From Candidatus Margulisiibacteriota bacterium (lineage in GTDB: Bacteria > Margulisbacteria > WOR-1 > O2-12-FULL-45-9), in assembly GCA_034723395.1 (NCBI GenBank), contig JAYEOW010000004.1:35279-99278 (forward strand): a stretch of DNA of 64,000 bases, written 5' to 3'. The notes under the pieces were generated by a model. The model worked only from the letters and a program-made list of their open reading frames with translations, searched no databases and had not been told where the DNA came from. The translations under genes were made by a program, and so were the position numbers. This document shows, piece after piece, positions 1-8,364 of the stretch (position 1 is the stretch's first letter; every line of letters starts with the position of its first letter).

Positions 1-138
1 TTTTGAGGTGGTTGCAGTCGCCATGACCATCGTGTCGCCGAGCCTGATAACAATTGACCCGCCCGCCTGATTGGCCATCCGCCCAGTCTCTAAAGAGAGA
101 ACCTTCCCTCCCAAATCCAATTCTACTTTTTTGATCAT
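1..138 (-). CDS. pnp: polyribonucleotide nucleotidyltransferase (PNPase), first 46 codons only; gene runs off the left edge
   Basis: Reverse complement of 1-138 reads [46 protein letters not shown], a typical PNPase N-terminus. Its ATG (136-138) overlaps the rpsO TGA stop as ATGA. Classic rpsO-pnp synteny. Confidence 0.8.
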   Translation of the reverse strand, partial: MIKKVELDLGGKVLSLETGRMANQAGGSIVIRLGDTMVMATATTSK

Positions 139-401
139 TTAAGTCCCAGACTAGCCTTCAAAGTACTGAATCGCGCACTGTCTTTTCTTTCGAGGTAGTT
201 AAGAAGACTTTTCCTTTGGCCAACGAGGATCAAGAGGCCGCGCCGGCTGTGGTTATCTTTTTTATTCTTCTTAAGGTGACCAACAATCTGGTTTATTCTC
301 TCAGTAAGGAGCGCTACTTGTACCTCCGGGGAACCAGTATCCTTCGAACCTTTCGCGAATTTCTGAATTATTCCGCTTTTTTTATCTTTCTTAATAGGCA
401 T
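135..401 (-). CDS. rpsO: 30S ribosomal protein S15
   Basis: 88 aa; [48 protein letters not shown] is the S15 signature region. Confidence 0.95.
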   Translation of the reverse strand: MPIKKDKKSGIIQKFAKGSKDTGSPEVQVALLTERINQIVGHLKKNKKDNHSRRGLLILVGQRKSLLNYLERKDSARFSTLKASLGLK

Positions 402-411
402 TAGTGTTCAT

Positions 412-420
412 AGTATATCA
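412..420 (-). promoter_or_regulatory. extended -10 promoter (TGATATACT) for rpsO
   Basis: 10 nt upstream of ATG 401, with no SD in between. Confidence 0.45.
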
Positions 421-501
421 TATAGTAGGGAAAGTTACAACAGAGCTAATAAATATGGGTGGAGGTTAAAAGTAGTATAACCAGTTTAACAAATTTACTC
501 A

Positions 502-1392
502 TCAGGTACGTTTAATGTCCCTACTAATCTGTCTCTTCAGCTTCTCCACATCCGAAAACTGCAGCTCATCGCGCAGCCGTTTGGTCAACAGGACATTTAA
601 ATGCTTCCCACGGATATTTTTTCTAAAATTCAAAATGTGGACCTCAACGGCAAGATTGCCCTCCCCAAATGTTGGCCGGGATCCTATATGGATCGCACAT
701 TTTTTCCCTAAAGCATATCCGGCGTATACTCCCGGAAACGGAATTAACTTATGGGGATCAAGCTGCAGGTTCGCGGTCTGAAAACCGAGCGATTCCCCCC
801 TCCCATACCCCTTTACAACCTTCCCTGAAAGCTGATAACCGTGGCCAAGCAAGGTTACCGCCTTGGCAAACTTTCCCGAAACAACCAGCTCACGAATAAT
901 CCTCGATTTTATAATATGTTTTCCGGACGAAACCGGCGAAACTACGCTGACTTTAAATCCGTATTTTTTACCATACTCTTTAAGTAGTGCGGTATTCCCC
1001 TTCCTCCCCTTGCCGAAGGCGTAATCGAAACCGACAAATACGCGGCGGACACCTAATTTATCAACTAAATATTCCTTCACGAATGCTTCGGTTGAAAGTT
1101 GCTGAGTTCGCTTTTGAAATTTAACAACTACTACTCCATCAACTCCCAGATCAGCAAACAGCTCTTCTCTCTCTCTTAGCGTAGTAAGGAGTTTCAATCC
1201 CCGCTTAGGGATAATTAACTGCTGCGGATGAGGATCAAAGGTAATAGCAAGTGAGGCGACCCCGAGCTTATCTGCATATTTAACCGCGTTTTTGACAACC
1301 TTCCGGTGGCCGCGATGAACGCCATCGAAAGTGCCTAAAGCAACTACCGAACCTTTAAGATTTTTTCTCTTAGGATGGCGGATTATTCTCAT
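502..1392 (-). CDS. ribF: bifunctional riboflavin kinase / FMN adenylyltransferase
   Basis: 296 aa; N-terminal ALGTFDGVHRGHRKV adenylyltransferase motif and a C-terminal riboflavin kinase domain (GYGRGESLGFQTANL). Confidence 0.9.
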   Translation of the reverse strand: MRIIRHPKRKNLKGSVVALGTFDGVHRGHRKVVKNAVKYADKLGVASLAITFDPHPQQLIIPKRGLKLLTTLREREELFADLGVDGVVVVKFQKRTQQLSTEAFVKEYLVDKLGVRRVFVGFDYAFGKGRKGNTALLKEYGKKYGFKVSVVSPVSSGKHIIKSRIIRELVVSGKFAKAVTLLGHGYQLSGKVVKGYGRGESLGFQTANLQLDPHKLIPFPGVYAGYALGKKCAIHIGSRPTFGEGNLAVEVHILNFRKNIRGKHLNVLLTKRLRDELQFSDVEKLKRQISRDIKRT

Positions 1393-2213
1393 TGAAGGAA
1401 GACACCGCGGACAAAAATGGTAACCGCTTTAATATAAAACGCTCCAGGGATAAACAATATCTGCGAAAGGATAAGGGTTCCGATAACTCTTCCCATTACT
1501 ATATAGTAAACCACTGTACGAACATCTTTCTCCGGCCGCTCCCCCTTTGATGCCTGGTCGGTTATATGCGCAGCGATTGGATCGACCATCAAAGTAAACA
1601 GAATTGTCGCTATCCCGTTAACAATACCCGAAAGCTGGGTTGCTGTAACCCGGTAAGCGGGGATCAGCGCACCTGCCATAAGAGAACAGAGAACTCCGAT
1701 CGCGTAGATCGAGACCATAAACAGGTTTAGCCAGAGAAATGTTTTTGGGATCCCTTTTAATGATAATCCCCGGAATGATTCACGGGTAGGCAGCTTAAAA
1801 CCTTTAGCAATCGAAACGATTGTTCTTGGCCTTAATCCATAACCGATCAAGCGAGGAACCGAATGGATTTCGTTAAATTTTTTAATGGCCCGCGTAAAAA
1901 CCGAAACTGCAAACGGGGTCATGATCGCTCCGACCAGGTTACCGATAAACGCGGCAAAAATTATAAGTCTAAAGTTCCCCCATAAATTAGAAACGGAGTT
2001 CTGGAGGATCGAGGTATCAACCATTCCCCCTAAGAGGGGCGCTTGCAGCATATTGGACATGCGGGAAATCAGGAGTGAAGCATTTACAAATGAGAGCGAA
2101 AGCGCCAACTGTTTAGTTCGAACTCCGGTCAATCGCATCGATGACGAGATCGTTTCGGTAAAGTGGATCATACCGGTAAAGAAGCATACGACAATTAACG
2201 GATTAATGTACAT
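1389..2213 (-). CDS. amj: polytopic membrane protein, lipid II flippase Amj-like (DUF2837-like)
   Basis: 274 aa, multi-TM. N-terminal HFTETISSSMRLTGVRTKQLALSLSFVNASLLISRMSNMLQAPLLG resembles the Amj family as I remember it. Stop overlaps the ribF start. Confidence 0.55.
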   Translation of the reverse strand: MYINPLIVVCFFTGMIHFTETISSSMRLTGVRTKQLALSLSFVNASLLISRMSNMLQAPLLGGMVDTSILQNSVSNLWGNFRLIIFAAFIGNLVGAIMTPFAVSVFTRAIKKFNEIHSVPRLIGYGLRPRTIVSIAKGFKLPTRESFRGLSLKGIPKTFLWLNLFMVSIYAIGVLCSLMAGALIPAYRVTATQLSGIVNGIATILFTLMVDPIAAHITDQASKGERPEKDVRTVVYYIVMGRVIGTLILSQILFIPGAFYIKAVTIFVRGVFLQ

Positions 2214-2216
2214 AGA

Positions 2217-2840
2217 TCAAGAATTATATCCTTTTTGACGAATTTTACAACTATCACATACCCCGCAAGGTTTTTTGCCGCCCTTATAACACGACCAGGT
2301 GATCTCAAGCGGAGCTTTTAATTTTTTTCCCAAACGAATAATTTGAGCTTTGGTCATATCGATCAGCGGGGTTAGAACTTTAATTCTCTTCTTTTTGGTC
2401 CCCTTCTCTATAACTTTTTGGAAGGCTTTATAGAAATCGGGGCGGCAATCGGGGTAGCCGGAAAAATCGATCGCATTCGCGCCAATAAAGACCGCATCCG
2501 CGCCGATCGCTTCCGCGTATGAAAGTGCAAAGCTTAGAAAAATTGTATTTCGAGCAGGAACGTATGTTGAAGGAATCCCTTTCAACTTTTTTCGATTAGG
2601 CATCTTCATCTTTTTATCAAGCAGCGAGGAACCTTTCCAAGGGAGTTTAATTTTTAAGATTTTATATTTTATTTTTGCCTTTTTCGCTACCGTTACCGCA
2701 CTACGCAACTCTCTCTTATGCCTTTGTCCATAGTCGAAGATCAAAGCGTGGCATTTATAGCCTTTCTTCTTGGCATAATAAAGAGTAGTTGTAGAATCTA
2801 ATCCACCGGAGAGTAAAACGATTGCTTTTTCTTTTGTCAT
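2217..2840 (-). CDS. queC: 7-cyano-7-deazaguanine synthase
   Basis: MTKEKAIVLLSGGLDSTT PP-loop and a C-terminal CxxCxxC (CGVCDSC). I start at the internal ATG 2840, because the 58 upstream codons of the long ORF are non-homologous and AT-rich. Confidence 0.9.
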   Translation of the reverse strand: MTKEKAIVLLSGGLDSTTTLYYAKKKGYKCHALIFDYGQRHKRELRSAVTVAKKAKIKYKILKIKLPWKGSSLLDKKMKMPNRKKLKGIPSTYVPARNTIFLSFALSYAEAIGADAVFIGANAIDFSGYPDCRPDFYKAFQKVIEKGTKKKRIKVLTPLIDMTKAQIIRLGKKLKAPLEITWSCYKGGKKPCGVCDSCKIRQKGYNS

Positions 2841-2935
2841 ATAGTGAAATCTTATCAAATATATAGTAATAAATATATATTTAAACCAAGTTAAGTCCAA
2901 ATAATCTAACCCCGCTCCATTACAACCTGCCAATA

Positions 2936-2944
2936 TGTTATAAT
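2936..2944 (+). promoter_or_regulatory. extended -10 promoter (TGTTATAAT) for the nucleotidyltransferase gene
   Basis: 7 nt upstream of ATG 2952, no SD. Confidence 0.5.
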
Positions 2945-2951
2945 TTACGCT

Positions 2952-3470
2952 ATGAGCTGGAAATGGAAAAAAGGCGAACAGCTTTATTACGAAGATGTTT
3001 TTCGCAAATTGCAAGAGAAAAATGTTCGTTATCTACTCATTGGAGGAATAGCAGTTAATCTCTGGGGGATCGAAAGGGCCACCGGAGATATTGATCTCGC
3101 AGTCGCCATGGACTCAAAAAATATACTAAATTTAGTCGAAGCAGTTAAAGAATTGGGATTTATCCCAAAAGTTCCCGTAAAACCGGAAGAACTTGCTGTC
3201 CCTGAAAAAAGAAAAGAATGGATGGAAGAAAAAAATATGAAGGTATTCTCTTTCCAGCACCCGGATAATCCTTTCGTACTAATCGATATCATGATAGATA
3301 ACCCCTTTAATTTTGAGGGGATGTTTTCCCGCCGCTCCACCATGGAATCTAAAGGGACAAAACTCTCGGTGGTTGCGGTGGATGATTTAATAAAACTAAA
3401 GGAAATTGCTGGAAGGGAACAGGATCTATCTGATATTGAAGCACTAAAGAAGTTTGTAAAAGGTGAATAA
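2952..3470 (+). CDS. minimal nucleotidyltransferase-fold protein (pol-beta superfamily, MNT/AbiEii-like)
   Basis: 172 aa; LLIGGIAVNLWGIERATGDIDLAV fits the GG-x(n)-DxD nucleotidyltransferase signature. An extended -10 box lies 7 nt upstream of the ATG. Confidence 0.6.
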   Translation: MSWKWKKGEQLYYEDVFRKLQEKNVRYLLIGGIAVNLWGIERATGDIDLAVAMDSKNILNLVEAVKELGFIPKVPVKPEELAVPEKRKEWMEEKNMKVFSFQHPDNPFVLIDIMIDNPFNFEGMFSRRSTMESKGTKLSVVAVDDLIKLKEIAGREQDLSDIEALKKFVKGE

Positions 3471-3648
3471 AATGGAGCAGAAAAAGGGTTTTAGATACAC
3501 TTATACCAAAGAAAAATATAAATCCTACAAAAATATTCCGGTTGCGCAAAAACTAGAGTGGCTGGAAAAAATGAACCGTTTTTTAAATAACTTTATGCCC
3601 GCCAAAAGCAAGGAACTGAACCAGAAACTTCGAGAAGGCAAAATTTAG
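3463..3648 (+). CDS. small basic hypothetical protein, partner of the nucleotidyltransferase
   Basis: 61 aa, Lys-rich. The start overlaps the upstream stop by 8 nt, which suggests translational coupling. No recognisable motif. Confidence 0.4.
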   Translation: MNKMEQKKGFRYTYTKEKYKSYKNIPVAQKLEWLEKMNRFLNNFMPAKSKELNQKLREGKI

Positions 3649-4922
3649 ACCCGAATAATCTGCCCTCTTTCAGCACCAACCGAAACCAGATAAATCTTCG
3701 CATTCGCCAGCTCAGCCAACTTTTCGAGATACTTTTTTGCGTTCTTCGGCAGCTTTTTGTAGTCTTTGATCTGCGTCGTATCCTCTTTCCAGCCCGGCAC
3801 TTCGATATAAACCGGTTTGCATCGCTCTAACCGATGGATATCGGTAGGAAAATCGGTAATCTCTTTACCATCGATTTCATAAGCGACGCAGATCTTGATA
3901 ACATCTAGATCATCTTGAACATCTAACTTGGTAAAAGCGATATCCGAAATACCGTTCATCCTCGAAGCATGTTTCATTACTACACCATCGAACCAGCCAC
4001 AACGCCTTGGACGGCCGGTGGTAGCCCCATACTCCCCGCCCTTTTCACGCAGGTCATCCCCGATTTTTCCCTCGATCTCCGTAGGAAAAGGACCGCTGCC
4101 CACACGCGTAACATAAGTCTTTACCACTCCGATAACCCGGTCAACCTTCATCGGACCAATCCCGGCGCCAACACAGGCACCACCGGAAATCGGGTTCGAT
4201 GAAGTAACAAACGGATAGGTCCCCTGGTCGACATCAAGCATCGTCCCCTGAGCGCCCTCTAGCAGAATGTTTTTATTTCTCTCGATCGCTTCGTTGGCCA
4301 GAACGGTCGATTCATCAACTACATGCCGTTTGATCGCGTGCGCATAGCCGAGATAATCGTCCCGGATCTTTTCGATATCGATCTTCTTGTCAAACTTATA
4401 AAAATTATCTAGCAGGAAAGATTTTTCCTCCACGTTCCATTTCAATTTCTCATCAAAAACCTTTTCATTGTAGAGATCACCGATCCGGATCCCCCGTCGG
4501 TTATATTTATCGACATAACAGGGACCGATCCCGCGCGAAGTAGTGCCAATCCTTCCCGCCTCTCTCTTTTTCTCCTGCGCCTGGTCCAGATATCTGTGAT
4601 ACGGAAAAATAACATGGGCCTGTGAAGATATACGAAGATTGTCAACCGCAAATCCCTGGCTTTTTAAGGTTTCGACCTCCTGGATCAAAACCGCGGGATC
4701 AACCACAACTCCGTTGCCAATAACACATAAAACATTATTGTAAAAAATCCCGGACGGGATCAGGTGGAGCTTAAAGGTCGCATCTTTGATCACTACCGTA
4801 TGGCCGGCGTTATTGCCCCCTTGGTAGCGGACCACCATATCCATATCACGCGATAAAAGATCGGTGATTTTCCCCTTCCCTTCATCCCCCCACTGCGTCC
4901 CGACAATAACTGATACACTCAT
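3645..4922 (-). CDS. purA: adenylosuccinate synthetase
   Basis: 425 aa; GTQWGDEGKGKITD P-loop, GGNNAGHT, TTGRPRRCGWFD. AAGGAG SD lies 11 nt upstream. Confidence 0.95.
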   Translation of the reverse strand: MSVSVIVGTQWGDEGKGKITDLLSRDMDMVVRYQGGNNAGHTVVIKDATFKLHLIPSGIFYNNVLCVIGNGVVVDPAVLIQEVETLKSQGFAVDNLRISSQAHVIFPYHRYLDQAQEKKREAGRIGTTSRGIGPCYVDKYNRRGIRIGDLYNEKVFDEKLKWNVEEKSFLLDNFYKFDKKIDIEKIRDDYLGYAHAIKRHVVDESTVLANEAIERNKNILLEGAQGTMLDVDQGTYPFVTSSNPISGGACVGAGIGPMKVDRVIGVVKTYVTRVGSGPFPTEIEGKIGDDLREKGGEYGATTGRPRRCGWFDGVVMKHASRMNGISDIAFTKLDVQDDLDVIKICVAYEIDGKEITDFPTDIHRLERCKPVYIEVPGWKEDTTQIKDYKKLPKNAKKYLEKLAELANAKIYLVSVGAERGQIIRV

Positions 4923-4964
4923 TTAAATAATCGCTCCTTGTCTTTTGTCTTTTATTTTCAACAA

Positions 4965-5066
4965 AAGCCCTACCATGCCGTGTGAAAGGTATGCCTGTGA
5001 ACCCAAAACCTTAACGGTGGGTCCCTTACGGGTTTTGACTCTCAGGTCCGGGGGCTGCCCAGACAC
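4965..5066 (-). promoter_or_regulatory. GC-rich structured element in the purA 5' leader (candidate cis-regulatory RNA of unknown class)
   Basis: A GC-rich island of about 100 nt in an AT-rich 298-bp spacer. Long imperfect helix 4994-5010 with 5031-5046. On the purA-sense strand there is a CCC-GUAA-GGG GNRA-capped hairpin (5032-5023). Confidence 0.35.
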
Positions 5067-5184
5067 AATTAAAGTCCCCTCAATAATAACTTGGGTAAAG
5101 ACATATAATCCTACATCACGTACACAGTAGGGTTAAATTTCCAAAGATAGTTTACCATATATCGATCAAAATTCAAATATATAG

Positions 5185-5213
5185 TTGACATTCAAAAGCT
5201 AATATTCCAGAAT
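5185..5213 (+). promoter_or_regulatory. candidate promoter of the lipoprotein gene
   Basis: TTGACA 5185-5190, 17 nt, CAGAAT 5208-5213. ATG is 7 nt downstream, no SD. Confidence 0.4.
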
Positions 5214-5220
5214 ACCAGTT

Positions 5221-6423
5221 ATGCAGAAAGGTATTACCTTCGCTTTGCTATTACTTGCCGCCCTGTTCGTTTTTAGCTGCGGTGACGCGAGCATAAATCC
5301 AACCACCACAACAACTTCAACAACTACTTCAACCGGCGGAGGATCTACCAGCACCACATCCGGAACATCTTCTACCACGACCACGGTTACTTTTAGTACG
5401 ACAACCAGTACGGTTTATATTTACGGGGATAAATTTTATCTTAAAAATATCGCCTATGCCGGATCAGCCATCGGGAACACCTATTCATCACTCGCGGTCG
5501 ACCGGATAACCAAAACCGTTCATCTGGCCTATTACCAGAGGGACGATGAAGACCTTAATCATATCTACGGGAAATTAACTTCCTGGAGCTGGGAAAATAT
5601 CGATTACAATAAAGATGTGGGACAATTTACTTCGATGGTCATGGATACTAACCAGAAAATGCATGTTAGCTACTACGCCCCGCGAGACAGCGCTCTTTAT
5701 TACGCTTACGGCGAAACTGGATCATGGACGATCACTCCGGTCGATGACCCATTAACCGGGGAAGATGTCGGGTATTATACTTCGGCCGCGGTCGATAGCA
5801 ATAACAAAACGCATATCAGCTATTACGACTGGGATAACCAGAACTTAAAGTATACTACCAACGCCTCCGGGGCATGGATATTGTTGATCATTGATTCGAT
5901 CGGGAATGTCGGGAAATATACCTCGATCGCCATTGATAATAATGATCGTATCCATATCAGCTATTATGACCAATCAAATTCCAACTTAAAATATGCTACC
6001 AATAAGAGCGGGGGCTGGCAAACCGAGATTGTCGATACCTCATCCGGGCAGTACTCATCGATCGCGGTCGACAGCAACGATGAGGTACACATCGCTTATT
6101 ACCAGGAAGCAAACGACGATCTAAAATATGCCCTTGGGACATCGGGGAGCTGGGTCAAGGAGATCATCGACAGCACTTTGGATGTTGGCCAGTTCGCAAG
6201 CATCGCTTTGGACAGCAATAATAAACCGCACATTAGTTACTACGACAAGGATAATACCGCGCTAAAATACGCGACTCAAATATCGGGATCATGGAATGCG
6301 TCTACGCTGGATAACTCTACGGATGTCGGCCAGGACACTTCGATCGTGATCGATCCGGACGACAACATCCATATCTCTTATTACGACGTGACCAATAACC
6401 TCATCAAATACGCTGTTAAATAG
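5221..6423 (+). CDS. predicted lipoprotein with a Thr/Ser-rich linker and seven tandem beta-propeller-like repeats
   Basis: Signal peptide plus Cys (LFVFSCGD), a T/S-rich stretch of about 45 aa, then 7 repeats of consensus VGxYTSIAxDSNxxxHISYYDxxNxxLKYA. Confidence 0.7.
   Translation: MQKGITFALLLLAALFVFSCGDASINPTTTTTSTTTSTGGGSTSTTSGTSSTTTTVTFSTTTSTVYIYGDKFYLKNIAYAGSAIGNTYSSLAVDRITKTVHLAYYQRDDEDLNHIYGKLTSWSWENIDYNKDVGQFTSMVMDTNQKMHVSYYAPRDSALYYAYGETGSWTITPVDDPLTGEDVGYYTSAAVDSNNKTHISYYDWDNQNLKYTTNASGAWILLIIDSIGNVGKYTSIAIDNNDRIHISYYDQSNSNLKYATNKSGGWQTEIVDTSSGQYSSIAVDSNDEVHIAYYQEANDDLKYALGTSGSWVKEIIDSTLDVGQFASIALDSNNKPHISYYDKDNTALKYATQISGSWNASTLDNSTDVGQDTSIVIDPDDNIHISYYDVTNNLIKYAVK
5473..6420 (+). 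repeat. seven in-frame tandem coding repeats (period about 135-150 bp) in the lipoprotein gene
   Basis: The repeat starts (VGQF, VGYY, VGKY, SGQY, VGQF, VGQD) recur every 45-50 residues. Confidence 0.7.
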
Positions 6424-8209
6424 ATTTAATGTGAAGTTCTTTTAGCTGTTTTGGATCTACCACATCCGGCGCCCCGGTCAGCGGACAGAAAGCGGATTGA
6501 GTTTTGGGGAAGGCGATAACATCGCGGATCGAATCCATCCCGGCTAAAAGCATCACTAAACGATCAAGTCCTAGAGCGATCCCTCCGTGCGGAGGAGCCC
6601 CATATTCGAGCGCTTCAAGAAGAAAACCAAATCTTCGTTTGGCTTCGTCTTCGGGAAAACCTAATATTTTAAATATCTTCTTCTGAACGTCCATCCGGTG
6701 GATACGGACCGACCCCCCCCCAATCTCCGATCCATTGAGAACAAAATCATAAGCCTGCGCCTTGATCTTGCTCGGCTCTTTTATAAACCGCTCTTCGATA
6801 TCATCCAGGCTTCCGTGCGGAGCGGTAAAAGGATGGTGATGAGAAGACCATCTTTTTTCGGTCTCGCCGTATTCAAAAAGCGGAAAATCGGTTACCCAGA
6901 GAAAATTAAAACTTTTTTTATCGATCAACTCCATCTTTTTACCTAATTCCAGGCGGATCTGCCCAAGGACCTGGTTAGTAAGTTTTGGTTTATCGGCCAT
7001 AAAGAAAAGGACATCTCCAGTCTCCCCTTTCATATGATCGACGATCGCATTCATCTCTTCGATCTTAAAAAATTTAACGATCGGCGATTTCATTCCGCTT
7101 GGGGTGATCGCCACCCAGGCTAAACCTTTTGCGCCTAACTTTTTCGCCATCGCTTCAAAATTATCCAATTCTGCGCGTGAAAACTTAGCTCCTCCCTTTA
7201 CCGTTAATCCTTTAACGATCCCGCCTTTCGCCACTGTATCCCTAAAAACCTTAAACTCAACATTTTTAACGATATCAGTAAGTTCGACCATTTTAAGCTC
7301 AAACCTGGTATCCGGCTTGTCGGTCCCATACATCCGCATTGCATCTTCCCAGGTCAATCTCGGAAACGGCGGTTTTACTTTTGGGACCGTGATCCCGCGA
7401 TACATATCAATATCTTTCTCCAGCACCGCCATAACCTCCACCATCACCTTTTCGATCGTATCCATAATAATCTGTTCGGTACAAAAAGACATTTCAATAT
7501 CAACTTGAGTAAATTCCGGCTGGCGGTCGGCCCGCAGGTCTTCGTCACGAAAACAGCGGACAATCTGGTAATATCTTTCCATCCCCGCCACCATCAAGAG
7601 CTGTTTGAATAATTGGGGTGACTGCGGGAGCGCATAAAACTTTCCCGCGTTTACACGGCTTGGGACCAGGAAATCTCTCGCCCCTTCGGGAGTAGATTTA
7701 GTTAAGAATGGGGTTTCGATCTCCAAGAATCCCTCTTTATCCAGGCAATCTGACATCGCTTTGGCAATTTTATGGCGGAAGATCAGGTTCTCTCTCATCT
7801 TATCTTTGCGCAGGTCTATATAACGGTATTTTAAACGGATATTTTCATCCGGTTCGGTGCGGGCGTCGGCCACTTCGATCGGCGGAGTTTTTGCGGTATT
7901 TAATATATCAAGTTCAGAGACCGCGATCTCGATCTCGCCGGTTGGAATATTCTTGTTTACCGTCTCTGGAGAACGGGCAAGCACCTGACCTTTTATGCTG
8001 ATCACAAATTCGGGACGAAGTTTCTCGGCAAGTTGATGAAGTTTACTGTTTACCTGGCCGAATACTACCTGGACAATCCCGGAACGGTCGCGAAGGTCGA
8101 CAAAAATAAGCCCGCCATGGTCGCGGCGGCGGTGGACCCAGCCAGCGAGGGTTACTTCGGAATCAATATCCTTTGATCTTAACTCTCCGCAATTTCTGGA
8201 TCTGAACAC
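6416..8209 (-). CDS. aspS: aspartyl-tRNA synthetase
   Basis: 597 aa; CGELR N-terminus, class II motifs ([29 protein letters not shown]). GTG start with GAAGGAAG SD. Confidence 0.95.
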   Translation of the reverse strand: MFRSRNCGELRSKDIDSEVTLAGWVHRRRDHGGLIFVDLRDRSGIVQVVFGQVNSKLHQLAEKLRPEFVISIKGQVLARSPETVNKNIPTGEIEIAVSELDILNTAKTPPIEVADARTEPDENIRLKYRYIDLRKDKMRENLIFRHKIAKAMSDCLDKEGFLEIETPFLTKSTPEGARDFLVPSRVNAGKFYALPQSPQLFKQLLMVAGMERYYQIVRCFRDEDLRADRQPEFTQVDIEMSFCTEQIIMDTIEKVMVEVMAVLEKDIDMYRGITVPKVKPPFPRLTWEDAMRMYGTDKPDTRFELKMVELTDIVKNVEFKVFRDTVAKGGIVKGLTVKGGAKFSRAELDNFEAMAKKLGAKGLAWVAITPSGMKSPIVKFFKIEEMNAIVDHMKGETGDVLFFMADKPKLTNQVLGQIRLELGKKMELIDKKSFNFLWVTDFPLFEYGETEKRWSSHHHPFTAPHGSLDDIEERFIKEPSKIKAQAYDFVLNGSEIGGGSVRIHRMDVQKKIFKILGFPEDEAKRRFGFLLEALEYGAPPHGGIALGLDRLVMLLAGMDSIRDVIAFPKTQSAFCPLTGAPDVVDPKQLKELHIKSI

Positions 8210-8364
8210 GAATCTACTTCCTTCTTCTGGTCAATAGTGATAAAAATCTCTTCGGTAGAATAAACGCTCATCCCTTTACAGCGAGGGCATTTAATTTCGA
8301 CTTTACACATTCCTTCTATCCTGGCTAATAATCTATTACAATTTTGGCATCTAAAATCTTTCAT
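8179..8364 (-). CDS. Com-family (phage Mu Com-like) zinc-finger protein
   Basis: 61 aa; [31 protein letters not shown] has the CxxC...CxxC Com layout. ATG overlaps the hisS stop (ATGA), with GGAGGA SD 6 nt upstream. The 3' end overlaps the aspS start by 31 nt. Confidence 0.6.
   Translation of the reverse strand: MKDFRCQNCNRLLARIEGMCKVEIKCPRCKGMSVYSTEEIFITIDQKKEVDSCSDPEIAES

Noticed and set aside
135-138. Missing rpsO-pnp regulatory leader
   Set aside because: The ATGA overlap differs from the E. coli hairpin-containing spacer. It is simply consistent with the extreme compaction seen everywhere in this window, so it is not a separate finding.
2841-2951. preQ1 riboswitch upstream of queC
   Set aside because: The reverse-strand leader has no CCC...AAAAAACUA-type preQ1-I core. 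A -10 box 8 nt from the ATG leaves essentially no leader.
2841-3014. Long N-terminal extensions offered by the ORF track (queC 2217-3014; also 10197-10319, 17753-18205, 20113-20145, 35353-36108, 41369-41437, 53060-53110 and 57986-58117)
   Set aside because: The extensions overlap neighbouring genes or promoters, lack family-conserved sequence, and have internal starts with good SDs or signal peptides. I used the shorter models.
4965-5066. Possible SRP (4.5S) RNA, tRNA, purine, ZTP, TPP or ykkC/PRPP riboswitch
   Set aside because: It lacks the SRP GGAA tetraloop and AGCA motif, and it lacks tRNA T-loop or acceptor pairing. It shows only partial string resemblances (CUGAGAG, ACACGG, GUAGGG) to TPP or ykkC-type consensus sequences as I remember them. 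I therefore left it as an unclassified structure.
4945-5130. 61-codon plus-strand ORF in the purA/lipoprotein spacer
   Set aside because: It uses a non-ATG start, has no SD or promoter, and has odd composition. It coincides with the GC-rich structured island, which explains the open frame better.
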